Positions 49,066 through 59,083 of a DNA stretch of 64,000 bases are shown here, in pieces; within the stretch, counting starts at the first letter, position 1; every line of letters begins with the position of its first letter. Under the pieces are notes generated by a model. That model worked only from the letters and a program-made list of their open reading frames with translations, did no database searches and had not been told where the DNA came from. The translations under genes and the position numbers were made by a program. The stretch is from assembly GCA_963665295.1 (NCBI GenBank), contig OY762209.1, positions 5,152,001 through 5,216,000 on the forward strand, read 5' to 3'. This DNA comes from Syntrophorhabdaceae bacterium. Its GTDB lineage: Bacteria > Desulfobacterota > Syntrophorhabdia > Syntrophorhabdales > Syntrophorhabdaceae.

Positions 49066-49662
49066 TTATTGAATTTCGGGTTTTTTCGAAACCGATACCC
49101 GCGAAGGCCTGACGAGTCTGCCATTGAGCAAATAGCCTTTCTGTACTTCCGATGTCACCATGTCGGGCTCCACGTCCTCCCTCTCTTCCTGATAAAGGGC
49201 TTCGTGGAGGTTGGGGTCAAACTTCGTCCCCAGGGCCTCAATCCTCTCGACGCCCGATTTCTCGAGCACCTTCAGGAACTGGTTAAGGGTAATCTTCACC
49301 CCTTCCACGATGACCTTTAAATCGTCCGCATGATTCGCGTGCGCCAGGGCCATCTCCAGGTTGTCGATCACGGGGATCAATTCCTGAAGGAGTGTCTCGT
49401 TGCCGTACTTCAGGGTTTCCTGTTTCTCCTTTACTTTCAGCTTCTTGAAATTTTCAAACTCCGCCTGAAGATAAAGCATCTTTGCCTGAAGCTCCTTGAT
49501 CGATTCGTCCTTCGCTTCCAACTGTTCCTGAAGCTCCTCGATCACTTCTTCTTTCTTCCTATTCTTCTTCTTATGGTCCTCATGGACCTCATTCTTCTCG
49601 GGCTTTTCCTTGCTTTCGCCGTTCCCCTCTTTATTCACGCCTTTACCCTCTCTTTTTTCCAT
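49066..49662 (-). CDS. grpE: Nucleotide exchange factor GrpE
   Basis: AEFENFKK, IDNLE.AL, FDPNLHEA, QKGY.LNGRL.RP. Confidence 0.95.
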   Translation of the reverse strand: MEKREGKGVNKEGNGESKEKPEKNEVHEDHKKKNRKKEEVIEELQEQLEAKDESIKELQAKMLYLQAEFENFKKLKVKEKQETLKYGNETLLQELIPVIDNLEMALAHANHADDLKVIVEGVKITLNQFLKVLEKSGVERIEALGTKFDPNLHEALYQEEREDVEPDMVTSEVQKGYLLNGRLVRPSRVSVSKKPEIQ

Positions 49663-49672
49663 TGTTCCCCTC

Positions 49673-50704
49673 TTACATTACGGACAGGATGTCTGTCAGT
49701 GTCTTCGCGGTATAGTTCACGATGGGTATGATTCTCGAATAGTTCATTCTTATGGGACCTATGACGCCGAGCACCCCGTAGCTCTTTTCACCGATACGGT
49801 ATGTAGAGGTGATGATGCTCAGATCCCTCATCTCCTTTATGTCACTCTCCGTACCCATGATTACATGGATGCCTTCCTCCTTGAGACAGCCGTCGAGAAG
49901 CCGAAGAAGTTTTTCCTTCCTCTCGAGGGTGTGAAACAGCTCCTTCAACCTCGCAAGGTCGGAGAATTCAGGCATATCCATCATTTTGGAGGTCCCCTCG
50001 ATATATATCTCTCTCTGGTCTTCCTCTTCCATGATGGTTTCGAGGGTCTCCCTTATCTTGGCAAGGAGTTTGCTGTAGTTTTCCTTATCCTTTTCCACGT
50101 CTTCGAGTATCCTCTCCTTGAGCGCATAAAAAGGTATGCCGCTGAACCTTTCATTCATGTAACGCTTCATGGTGTTAAGGACGCCCATGCTCAGGCTTTC
50201 GCCCGTATCCACGAGCCGTGTGTGCACGATGCCCGCCGACGTAACGAAGACTATGAGGATCGTGTTCGACGACAGCTTCACGAATTCGATCTCTTTGAAG
50301 AGCATCGTATTGACCCTCGGCTCAACCACTATGCTCGTAAATTTCGATATGGAGGCAAGGACTTTCGACGCATCTTCCATCACCCCCTCCACCTGGGCAT
50401 AGCGGGGTTTGAACAGGCTTTCCAGGACCTGCAGTTCTCTCTTGCCGGGGTTCCTCAGAACAAGCATGGTGTTCACATAGTACCTGAACGCCTTGTAAGT
50501 GGGGATCCTCCCCGCAACCACATGGGCCTTGTAGAGAAACCCCTGTTCCTCCAGATCGGCCATGATGTTCCGTATCGTGGCCGAACTGAGCCTGTTGCGT
50601 ATGCTCTTTGCGATAGTTCTCGATCCGACAGCCTCCGCGGACGTGATATAGCTGTCCATTATGAGTTCGAGAACCATCCTCTCTCTATCAGTCAGGGTTT
50701 CCAT
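49673..50704 (-). CDS. hrcA: Heat-inducible transcriptional repressor HrcA
   Basis: VGSRTI, SSATIRN.MADLE, GRIPT, GVIGP.RMNY; TTGACA-N17-TAAGTT upstream. Confidence 0.95.
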   Translation of the reverse strand: METLTDRERMVLELIMDSYITSAEAVGSRTIAKSIRNRLSSATIRNIMADLEEQGFLYKAHVVAGRIPTYKAFRYYVNTMLVLRNPGKRELQVLESLFKPRYAQVEGVMEDASKVLASISKFTSIVVEPRVNTMLFKEIEFVKLSSNTILIVFVTSAGIVHTRLVDTGESLSMGVLNTMKRYMNERFSGIPFYALKERILEDVEKDKENYSKLLAKIRETLETIMEEEDQREIYIEGTSKMMDMPEFSDLARLKELFHTLERKEKLLRLLDGCLKEEGIHVIMGTESDIKEMRDLSIITSTYRIGEKSYGVLGVIGPIRMNYSRIIPIVNYTAKTLTDILSVM

Positions 50705-50999
50705 AAAGCCTTCTAACCATTAAATAACTTAATAATATCTCATATCTTTGTCAAGAAATGAAATCCGCACGAATACCTCGGCTTACCTTATTATTATACA
50801 CTCTATCAGGCCGGGATTCAACGGATTAGAAGCGGCTGATGAGGCCGGGCCCCTCGGCGGGGATCACTCTGTCCGACGCCGGGCCCCTCCCCGCCTTCAC
50901 CGCGGCGGGAGGTGATGGGAAGGGATGAGAGAAACCCAAAACAGGGTGTGGGGAGCGCCCGGAGATCGCTCCTCTTCGGTGTGCCGGACATGGGGAATG

Positions 51000-51584
51000 T
51001 TACGTTCCGGATAGCGCGGCCCCGGCCTGCATCGCCTCGCGTTTCCTTCGGGCCATCCTGGAATATATATTGGTAAAGACAATGCCTATGACGATCACGC
51101 CATATTCGGATACGGTGAAATACCATTCGGGCGTTTCGTGGTGGATGAGTTTGGCCACATTTAACAGGCTGTTCACCAGAAACACACATGACCACGCGGT
51201 GGTGGTGATGAAGCAACCTCTTATAAATGAAGGGGAATTCCACAACTCCCTGGGCAAATTTTCGCGGGCGTAGTCTTCCGTAAAAGGCCGTCCCAAGAGA
51301 ATGGAAAGCTGCGCGCACACGAATAGGGTCCCCGTGGCGAGAATCCCCATATGACGGATTGCCCACATATTTTTGAGCCAGACCACAGAAATCAAGGCAA
51401 AAGCGAAAAAGAGGTATCCTGCCCACAGGATGGCGCCCCTGTGAAGTCTGGCGGCCGCCATGACAACCACTAATATGGCCGCCACGACGATGGCGAACTG
51501 AAGGCGGAAGATCGAATGGCCGGCAATAAACCAAAAAGCAAACCATGGGGCAAAAGCCAGCAGCAGCTTGAGTATCTCTTTCAT
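51000..51584 (-). CDS. Hypothetical integral membrane protein
   Basis: About six TM segments, FAPW, GRPFTEDYARE motif. Confidence 0.75.
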   Translation of the reverse strand: MKEILKLLLAFAPWFAFWFIAGHSIFRLQFAIVVAAILVVVMAAARLHRGAILWAGYLFFAFALISVVWLKNMWAIRHMGILATGTLFVCAQLSILLGRPFTEDYARENLPRELWNSPSFIRGCFITTTAWSCVFLVNSLLNVAKLIHHETPEWYFTVSEYGVIVIGIVFTNIYSRMARRKREAMQAGAALSGT

Positions 51585-51732
51585 CGGACCCCCCGTCGTC
51601 GTGTAAGCATATAATTACACGGTCTTCCGGAAATTATCAACCATTAAGTGCGCCGTCCGTGTGGTCGGGAGTGGGTCGTCCCGGCCACACCTTACACCGG
51701 TTCATTCCGTTGTGGGCTCCGTGGTACGTCGC

Positions 51733-52926
51733 TTACTCTTTCGTTTTCGACGCGATCTCATTTCCAAAACGAATACAATTCTCGACTGACGCAGTGTCGG
51801 GATTCCATTTTTCCCGTATTCCCTCATTCAGCAGTTCAAACCCGCCCTCTTTAAGCCTGTCCGATATAACCTTTACCGACTCTCCGCTCCAGCCATAACA
51901 CCCAAAGGCAGCCGCCTTTTTGCCCCTGAACCGCAATCCCTTGATTTCCTCAAGAATGGAGGCGCACGCAGATAGGATGCCCTGGTTTATGGTCGGAGAC
52001 CCGACCAGGATTGCCCTGGACTTGAAAATCTCGGTGATGATATCGTTTTTGTCCGATCTCGCGGCGTTGAACAGTTTCACGGCCACCGTCTTATCGACGT
52101 CGGTGATCCCCTTTGAAATGGCCTCCGCCATCTTTCTGGTCCCGTCCCACATGGTGTCATAGACTATGGTAATCTGGTTCTCGGCATAGGCGTTTGCCCA
52201 TTGGACATACTGGTTGACGATCTGTAACGGGTCTTTTCTCCACATTACGCCGTGGCTCGGACAGATCATGTTCACCGGCACATTCAACGCGACAACCTCC
52301 TTGATCTTCTTGTCAACAAAGGTGCTGAAAGGCGTCAGGATGTTGGCATAGTACTTGATGGCTTCCTGAAACAGTTCCGTCTGGTTCACCAGGTCATTAT
52401 ACATCAGTTCCGACGCGATGTGCTGACCGAAAGCGTCGTTACTGAAGAGGACGTTGTCGCCGGTCAGATAAGACATCATGCTGTCCGGCCAGTGCAGCAT
52501 CCGGGCTTCGATAAATATCAGCTCTTTTGATCCGAGACTGAGTTTATCTCCTGTTTTCACCACATGAAAATCCCAATCCTGATGATAGTGGCCTTTCAGT
52601 GAATTTACACCGTTGGACGTACAGTATATGGGCGTCCCGGGAATATGGCGCATCAACTCCGGCAGCGCGCCGCTATGGTCTGATTCCGCATGATTGGCGA
52701 TTATGAAATCGATCTTTTCAAGGGGGATCTCCTTTTTCAGGTTTTCCACGAATTCGCCTGAGAACTTCCCCCACACGGTATCGATGAGGACCGTTTTTTC
52801 ATCCTTTACCAGATACGAATTGTAGCTTGAACCGCGATGGGTCGAATACTCCTCCCCGTGAAATTTCCTCAGCTCCCAGTCGATCTTTCCGACCCATGAA
52901 ATATTCCCGTTGATTTTAAAAGCCAT
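51733..52926 (-). CDS. fprA: Flavodiiron protein (FprA-type NO/O2 reductase)
   Basis: GSSYNSYL, NHAESDHSG, HWPDSM, SNDAFGQH, PSHG, flavodoxin YDTMWDGT, GSPT, FGCYGWSGE. Confidence 0.92.
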   Translation of the reverse strand: MAFKINGNISWVGKIDWELRKFHGEEYSTHRGSSYNSYLVKDEKTVLIDTVWGKFSGEFVENLKKEIPLEKIDFIIANHAESDHSGALPELMRHIPGTPIYCTSNGVNSLKGHYHQDWDFHVVKTGDKLSLGSKELIFIEARMLHWPDSMMSYLTGDNVLFSNDAFGQHIASELMYNDLVNQTELFQEAIKYYANILTPFSTFVDKKIKEVVALNVPVNMICPSHGVMWRKDPLQIVNQYVQWANAYAENQITIVYDTMWDGTRKMAEAISKGITDVDKTVAVKLFNAARSDKNDIITEIFKSRAILVGSPTINQGILSACASILEEIKGLRFRGKKAAAFGCYGWSGESVKVISDRLKEGGFELLNEGIREKWNPDTASVENCIRFGNEIASKTKE

Positions 52927-52940
52927 GATATCCTCCTGAT

Positions 52941-53498
52941 TCAGTCCGAATATATTTTGCTCAGTTTCTTGAGCAAGCTATGAAACTCCTCATGCTTGCC
53001 GATTCCGATCCGCTCCACTTCTATCTGCTCGAACCCTTCAAATAATTCGTCCTGCCGCTTCTCCGGCAGAAGCCTGTCCGCCATCACGAACAAGACCGTA
53101 TTCTCCTTCTCCATATGGGCGTTCAACAATGAAATGTAGCCCTCCACGTTTTCAATAATGACCCCCGATGAAGAGCCGTCGCCCACCGTATAGGCGTCAA
53201 AGGCTTCGCTTATGGTTTTAACATAGGCCCTTCCCATTGTATGTTCCCGAAGCATAACGGCAATAGGGCCATCCTTCGGGACTCCGGCAGCTTCCAAAGC
53301 GGGGAACAACAGGTCTTCTTCCTTTCCATGGTGACACCTGTCCACAAAGACTTTCAGGAATTCAAGAATACCCCCGAAGTCTTCTTTGTTCACGTTTCCC
53401 GTTGCCTTCATTCGGCCGGATATCCGCCCCATGATACCGAGCATGATCTTGATGCCTTCGTGTTCGTCTTTCAGTTGCTGCGTAGCTTTCGAATTCAT
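52941..53498 (-). CDS. Hemerythrin-like (HHE) domain protein
   Basis: EHEGI, CHHGKEEDLLFP, EH..GR, HMEKENTVLF. Confidence 0.9.
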   Translation of the reverse strand: MNSKATQQLKDEHEGIKIMLGIMGRISGRMKATGNVNKEDFGGILEFLKVFVDRCHHGKEEDLLFPALEAAGVPKDGPIAVMLREHTMGRAYVKTISEAFDAYTVGDGSSSGVIIENVEGYISLLNAHMEKENTVLFVMADRLLPEKRQDELFEGFEQIEVERIGIGKHEEFHSLLKKLSKIYSD

Positions 53499-53674
53499 CA
53501 CCCCTCCCTTGTTCGGTTTTTTCCGCTCTCCCCCGGGGACCTGCGTGGTGATATTGATTACAGGCCCGATAAGCTGTCCAATATAACTTTAAGATCGCTG
53601 CGGGGATTTTGTACAGGGCGGCGGCGGGGAAAGGTCCCTTTTTTACCCGTGAGTCTTTGTCTCATGTATGACGT

Positions 53675-53690
53675 CTTGACTTAAGTCAAG
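53675..53690. promoter_or_regulatory. CRP/FNR-family-like operator
   Basis: Perfect palindrome CTTGAC-TTAA-GTCAAG between divergent genes; TAAGAT -10 at 53712-53717. Confidence 0.6.
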
Positions 53691-53754
53691 TACAATGGCC
53701 ATTCTGTATTATAAGATGAATGAAACCCAAAAGGAAACTCAAAAGGAGAACGCT

Positions 53755-54090
53755 ATGGCCGAGAATTCCACCCACACAGAAGGTTTGCCCTCCGTATTGA
53801 AACTCAAAGACATGATTGACTACCAGGAACACTCCGTCGTGAGCCGGGAGATCATCCGCAAGCCCTCGGGAACGATGACCGTCTTCGCCTTCGACAAAGG
53901 AGAGGGGCTCAGCGAACACACGGCGCCTTTTGATGCGGCGGTCTATCTGCTGGAAGGCGAGGCCGAGATTCGCATCGACGGCAAACCCTATTCGGTCAAG
54001 GAAGGGGAAATGATCGTCATGCCGGCCAACAAGCCGCACGCCCTCAAAGCCGTCACCCGCTACAGAATGCTACTGGTAATGATCAGGTAG
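53755..54090 (+). CDS. Cupin domain protein
   Basis: FAFDKGEGLSEHTAPFDA, MPANKPHAL; AAGGAG SD. Confidence 0.9.
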   Translation: MAENSTHTEGLPSVLKLKDMIDYQEHSVVSREIIRKPSGTMTVFAFDKGEGLSEHTAPFDAAVYLLEGEAEIRIDGKPYSVKEGEMIVMPANKPHALKAVTRYRMLLVMIR

Positions 54091-54337
54091 AACAAAATAC
54101 ACGGGGGACCCGATGGGTACACAAGCCGTTATGGAAAAGGCAAAAACCCGTGCAAAGGACGGCTAAATAGCGTGTATGCAAGCCCTGAAGATCTCCGGGG
54201 AGGAGGGTTTTTCGCCGAAAGACCCGGGCGCCCTTCTGAACGATCTCAAGGGCCGGCCGTGAACCGGAGTATTTGTCGCAGTATGGAGCGACGGGATTCC
54301 CTGCGCCATCGTCTGAATCAATTGTGTCGGGCCTCAC

Positions 54338-55315
54338 TCAGCGTGTCAGGGCAGTGCGCGATGTGAAATCCTCTTCGGTGTTCGCGCGCATCTCAACTGC
54401 CCGCCTCGACTCCCTGGCCGTCGAGACGGCGCAATTACGCCCCTGCGCCTTCGCCCGGTAAAGTGCGACGTCGGCCGTCCCCAATATCTCATCCACCGTG
54501 CTTCCGGCGACCGCGCAGGCCACACCGATACTCACCGACACAGACAGGGCGCCCGCCCTTGTCATGATTGTGCTTGCGGCAACCTGGGCGCAAACTCTCG
54601 TAAAGAGGGACATGTAATCGGTTTCTTCCTTCAATGGAACGATCATCAGAAACTCCTCTCCCCCCATGCGTCCCACGGAATCGTATTTCCGGAGGTTATC
54701 ATTCAGAATCTTCGTGAGTCCCCTGAGCACCTCGTCCCCAGCCTGATGGCCGTACGTGTCGTTGATACGCTTGAAATGGTCTATGTCGCACATTCCGACA
54801 GCCAGCGCCTCGCCGCGGCGAGTAGCCCGAGCCAGTTCCTGGTCCAGGTGGACAAGGATGGCACGGCGATTGAGCATACCCGTCAACGGATCGTGGGTGG
54901 CTTGGTGCGCCAGGGCTTCCCTGCTTTGGATAAGCGCGGCCCGCATCTCTACCATACGCCGGCCGACCTCCACGCGGGCACGAAGCTCTCCCGCATCATA
55001 GGGCTTCGCGAGATAGTCGTTGGCGCCGGCCTCGAGTCCGGCGATAATGTCCGCCTTCTCGTCTTTCGACGTGAGCATGATAATGTAAGCCGGCAGGTCG
55101 CTTTGCAGGGTACGGACCCTGCGCACCACCTCCGGTCCATCCATCTCCGGCATCATCCAGTCAAAGATGGCGAGCTTCGGCGCATCGGGCTTCTGCATAG
55201 CCTCCCAAGCCTGAGCGCCATCCTCCGTCGCCACCACCTCATGACCCTGCTTTTTCAGTACTGCCGTAAGGACAGTGCGCGACGTTAAGTCGTCTTCGGC
55301 GATCAATATTCTCAT
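54338..55315 (-). CDS. Response regulator-diguanylate cyclase (REC-GGDEF)
   Basis: ILIAEDD, DWMMPEMDG, DYLAKP, DPLTGMLNRR, RKYD I-site, GGEEF. Confidence 0.92.
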   Translation of the reverse strand: MRILIAEDDLTSRTVLTAVLKKQGHEVVATEDGAQAWEAMQKPDAPKLAIFDWMMPEMDGPEVVRRVRTLQSDLPAYIIMLTSKDEKADIIAGLEAGANDYLAKPYDAGELRARVEVGRRMVEMRAALIQSREALAHQATHDPLTGMLNRRAILVHLDQELARATRRGEALAVGMCDIDHFKRINDTYGHQAGDEVLRGLTKILNDNLRKYDSVGRMGGEEFLMIVPLKEETDYMSLFTRVCAQVAASTIMTRAGALSVSVSIGVACAVAGSTVDEILGTADVALYRAKAQGRNCAVSTARESRRAVEMRANTEEDFTSRTALTR

Positions 55316-55343
55316 GGGTACTGCCTCCTTGTTGTCTGATTCG

Positions 55344-58300
55344 TCATTTTCCACTATCCGTAAATTCCTTCATCGCTTCCTTCAACAGGTCAAACTGCTT
55401 TTCCAATTCCGGCAGGCGGGCCTTGATAGCCTCCACGCTGCCGCCTTTTCCGGCTTTCTCCACCTTGAAGGCCGCGGCGCGTAAGGCCTCGCCGCCCAAA
55501 TTGGCAGACGCGCCTTTGATGGAATGGGCCTGACGCTCGACGTTTTCCGTGTCTCCCGCATCGAGATAGCCCTTGAGCACCGCGATCTGTCTGGGGATAT
55601 CGTCCAGGAAACCGGCCACCACGGTATATGCCAGATCCTCGTCATCCATAAGGCGGGACATCATCCCCGTCTTGTCGAACACCGGCGCCCCGGCCTCGCC
55701 TGTGCCGGCTGAGATATGGGTTTCAGGCTCCCCGGGCGTGCATTCCCTTGTCGGTTCTTTAGGCAGCCACTTCTCCAGCGCCTCGGCCAGCACTTTGGGT
55801 GAGACAGGCTTACTCACGTAATCGTTCATCCCTGCTTCCAGGCATTTCTCACGGTCACCCTGCATGGCGTGGGCGGTCATGGCAATGACCGCTACCTCGT
55901 GATTACGCACCTGAGATGAACGATCGCGGATTCGGCGCGTCGCCTCCAGTCCGTCCAACACGGGCATTTGAACATCCATGAGCACCAGGTCGTAGGGCAG
56001 GGTTTCCAGGGCTTTGATGGCTTCCGCTCCGTTGGCCACTGCGTCCGCGCGGAGACCCAGTTTCTTGAGGATGCCCACAGCCACCTGTTGATTGGTTATA
56101 TTATCTTCAGCCAGGAGAATGCGCATTGCTCCCCGACGTAATTCGCGGACTGTGTGGCGCGTGACGATGGACTGCGCCGGCAGGCTCATAGCAGTCCCGG
56201 CCAACACGGCGGACAGGCAGCCGAAGAGTTCGGACTGACGCGCCGGTTTGGTCAGGTAGCCGGAGAAACCGATATCCTCCATCTTCCTTGCGTCACCCCG
56301 TAGTCCCAAAGAGGATAAAAGAACGAGAGGCGTGTCCTTGAATGCAGGATCTGCCTTGATAGCGCGTCCCAGGGCCGTACCATCCATGCCCGGCATCTGC
56401 ATGTCGAGAATAGCGATCCGGAAAGGATCACCTGTGTCTTTGGCCAGATAGAGCGCCTTGAGCGCCGCGGGTCCGTCTTCGGCCCCTTCCACACGCACGC
56501 CCCATGCTCCAAGCTGGGCCGTCAGGACCTCACGATTGGTGGCGTTATCATCTACCAATAGGATGTGGACCCCGTGCAGTTCGGCGGGAGGCGCGATGTT
56601 CTGTTCTCGCTCGGGCTCCCTGGTAAAGCGCGCCGTAAACCAGAACTCGGAACCCCGGTCCTCTTCGCTCTCGACACCGATCTCGCCACCCATCATCTCC
56701 GCTAACTGCTTCGAGATGGCCAGCCCCAATCCGGTGCCACCGTACTCCCGTGTGGTCGAAGCGTCTGCCTGGGTGAACTTCTGAAACAAGGCTTCCAGGT
56801 TGTCTGCGGATATGCCTATGCCTGTATCTCTTATGGAAAAACGCACCACGGCTTCGTCATCTGTTTCGGAAACCAGACTTGTCCTGACGGCGATCTCGCC
56901 TTCATGGGTGAACTTTACCGCATTGCCCGTCAGGTTGGTGAGAATCTGGCGCAGGCGACCGGGGTCGCCGCGGACGTAGGCCGGCATCTCCGGCGCCGCG
57001 GCACAAATGAACTCGAGCCCTTTCTCGTGAGCGCGAAGAGCCATCATGGCAGCGAAGTCGTCCAACAAGGCGCGAAGGTCGAAACCAAGCGCCTCCAACT
57101 CAAGTTTGCCTGCCTCGATCTTGGAGAAATCCAATATGTCGTTTATGAGCGCGAGGAGCGACTCTGAACTGTTGCGCACGGTCTCGGCATAGTGCCGCTG
57201 CTCCACGTTCAGGTCCGTATCAAGCAGGAGGCCTGTCATGCCGATAACGCCGTTCATGGGAGTGCGGATTTCGTGACTCATGTTGGCGAGGAACTCGCTC
57301 TTGGCCACGTTTGCCATCTCGGCCCTCGCGGTGGCATCCTCGAGCCGGTGATTAGCCTCCCGAAATGCTTCCTCGGCCTTCTTGAACTTGGTAATGTCCT
57401 GGTTTGCGCCAAACCTCTTTACAACACGGCCTGAATCATCCCTGATGATCCTTGCCCGCGCCAGGATATGCCGCACTTCTCCATCGCGACGGATAATACG
57501 GTGTTCAATGTCGGCAACCCATTCGGGGCCCTGGTTTGAGTCAATTTGTTTCAGGAATTGAGCATAAGACGGCAGATCGTCGGGATGCAGGAATTGTTTC
57601 ACATATGATTCCCTTGTCATTCGATACCCTCCTTCCCGCTCGGCAGTGGTGCCGTAAAGCGCATAGAAGGGATCGTTAAAAACGTATACTTCTGCGGCGG
57701 GGTCAAATTCCCAGTACGCGATATGGGCAAGGTCCATTGCTTCGGACAACTGAAGTCGGCTGGCATATAAGGCTTTTCCCGATCTCCTGCGTTCAGTGAT
57801 GTCCCGAAATGTCCAGATTCTCCCGTAGTCCTTCCCATCCTTGCCGATGACAGGGCTGCTGTATCTGTCCAGAACCGTTCCATCTTTAAGTTCAATCTCA
57901 TCCCGGATCGCTTCGTCCGGATGGGCATGCATATACGCCGCCTTCGCTTGAAATTGCACAGGGTCCTTGGCCAGTCCCTCGACCCACCCCATCTGTGATT
58001 CTTCGTCATCGCTCTCGGCGATGTGTCCGGGAAATTTCAACAGATCCCTAACTTGCCGGTTCTGAAGGATCTTCCTGCCCTTGTCCACCACTATGATTCC
58101 ATCGAGGGACGCGTTTATCTGCGCCTCAAGGAGTGCGGTCTTTTGTCGTAGCCGCTCTTCCGCCCGTTCATATTCGGTGATGTCGTAGATGGCCCCTGAA
58201 ACGGCCGGGCGTCCCTTATAGAACACAAACGATCCGAGGACCTTCACAGTGATAATCTCCGTGTCCTTCCTGATAGCCCTCATTTTGTATTCCATACGGT

Positions 58301-58895
58301 CTACTTCGCCGGACAGACGTTTTTGAAGGTTATTTTCCACGAACCTCCTGTCTTCCGGAAGGATCAAATCCAGAGGGTCTACCTTATCGACTACCTCATC
58401 GTAGGTATATCCATAAATATCGCACCACTGTCTATTGACAAAACGAAGGAGGTCATCCTGTATGATATAGACACCGACAGGGGAGCTGTCCACCAGGGCG
58501 CGGTACACCGCTTCCGATTCGAGGAGCGCCTCCTCCACCCGCTTGCGCTCGGTAATGTCCCGCATTGAACCAACGATGTACTTTTCATCCGTTTCGTTGA
58601 GATACAGTGTCCTTTTCGTCACGACTGTCCGTACGTTGCCGTCGGCGCCGGTGAACTGCTCCTCATGGGAACCTTCTTTTCCTGTCTCAAAGACACAGTC
58701 ATCGTTTCTCCGGAAAATATCTGCGTACTTTCCCGGAAATAAGCCATGGTCCGTTTTTCCGAGCAACTGCTCGCGGGACTTACCGAACATCCTGCATGCC
58801 GCATCGTTGACAAACACGAACCCATGCCGCCGGTTCTTAACAAAAACAGGATCTCCTCCACGGGAGATCACCGCCTCAAGATACTCTGAAAACAT
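55344..58895 (-). CDS. Hybrid sensor kinase: 4 PAS, HisKA, HATPase, 2 REC, HPt
   Basis: MSHEIRTPMN, NAVKFT, DTGIGI, GGTGLGL, two D.QMP..DG receivers, AHSIKGASANLG. Confidence 0.93.
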   Translation of the reverse strand: MFSEYLEAVISRGGDPVFVKNRRHGFVFVNDAACRMFGKSREQLLGKTDHGLFPGKYADIFRRNDDCVFETGKEGSHEEQFTGADGNVRTVVTKRTLYLNETDEKYIVGSMRDITERKRVEEALLESEAVYRALVDSSPVGVYIIQDDLLRFVNRQWCDIYGYTYDEVVDKVDPLDLILPEDRRFVENNLQKRLSGEVDRMEYKMRAIRKDTEIITVKVLGSFVFYKGRPAVSGAIYDITEYERAEERLRQKTALLEAQINASLDGIIVVDKGRKILQNRQVRDLLKFPGHIAESDDEESQMGWVEGLAKDPVQFQAKAAYMHAHPDEAIRDEIELKDGTVLDRYSSPVIGKDGKDYGRIWTFRDITERRRSGKALYASRLQLSEAMDLAHIAYWEFDPAAEVYVFNDPFYALYGTTAEREGGYRMTRESYVKQFLHPDDLPSYAQFLKQIDSNQGPEWVADIEHRIIRRDGEVRHILARARIIRDDSGRVVKRFGANQDITKFKKAEEAFREANHRLEDATARAEMANVAKSEFLANMSHEIRTPMNGVIGMTGLLLDTDLNVEQRHYAETVRNSSESLLALINDILDFSKIEAGKLELEALGFDLRALLDDFAAMMALRAHEKGLEFICAAAPEMPAYVRGDPGRLRQILTNLTGNAVKFTHEGEIAVRTSLVSETDDEAVVRFSIRDTGIGISADNLEALFQKFTQADASTTREYGGTGLGLAISKQLAEMMGGEIGVESEEDRGSEFWFTARFTREPEREQNIAPPAELHGVHILLVDDNATNREVLTAQLGAWGVRVEGAEDGPAALKALYLAKDTGDPFRIAILDMQMPGMDGTALGRAIKADPAFKDTPLVLLSSLGLRGDARKMEDIGFSGYLTKPARQSELFGCLSAVLAGTAMSLPAQSIVTRHTVRELRRGAMRILLAEDNITNQQVAVGILKKLGLRADAVANGAEAIKALETLPYDLVLMDVQMPVLDGLEATRRIRDRSSQVRNHEVAVIAMTAHAMQGDREKCLEAGMNDYVSKPVSPKVLAEALEKWLPKEPTRECTPGEPETHISAGTGEAGAPVFDKTGMMSRLMDDEDLAYTVVAGFLDDIPRQIAVLKGYLDAGDTENVERQAHSIKGASANLGGEALRAAAFKVEKAGKGGSVEAIKARLPELEKQFDLLKEAMKEFTDSGK

Positions 58896-59083
58896 CGGAA
58901 AAGCCTCCCTCTCTCTGTCTTCTCCATGCAGCCGTCCCGGCCCCACTCGTCCTCATTGATCTATAGCCTGATCTTGTGAGACCGTGGAGGGGCTGTGTGC
59001 CCGTCTCGCATCTTCCCGGCGGCGCCTTTTTTCGACAGGCCCACGCTGCTATGCCGCCGTTGCTACGTCCATTGGCTGCCCCT

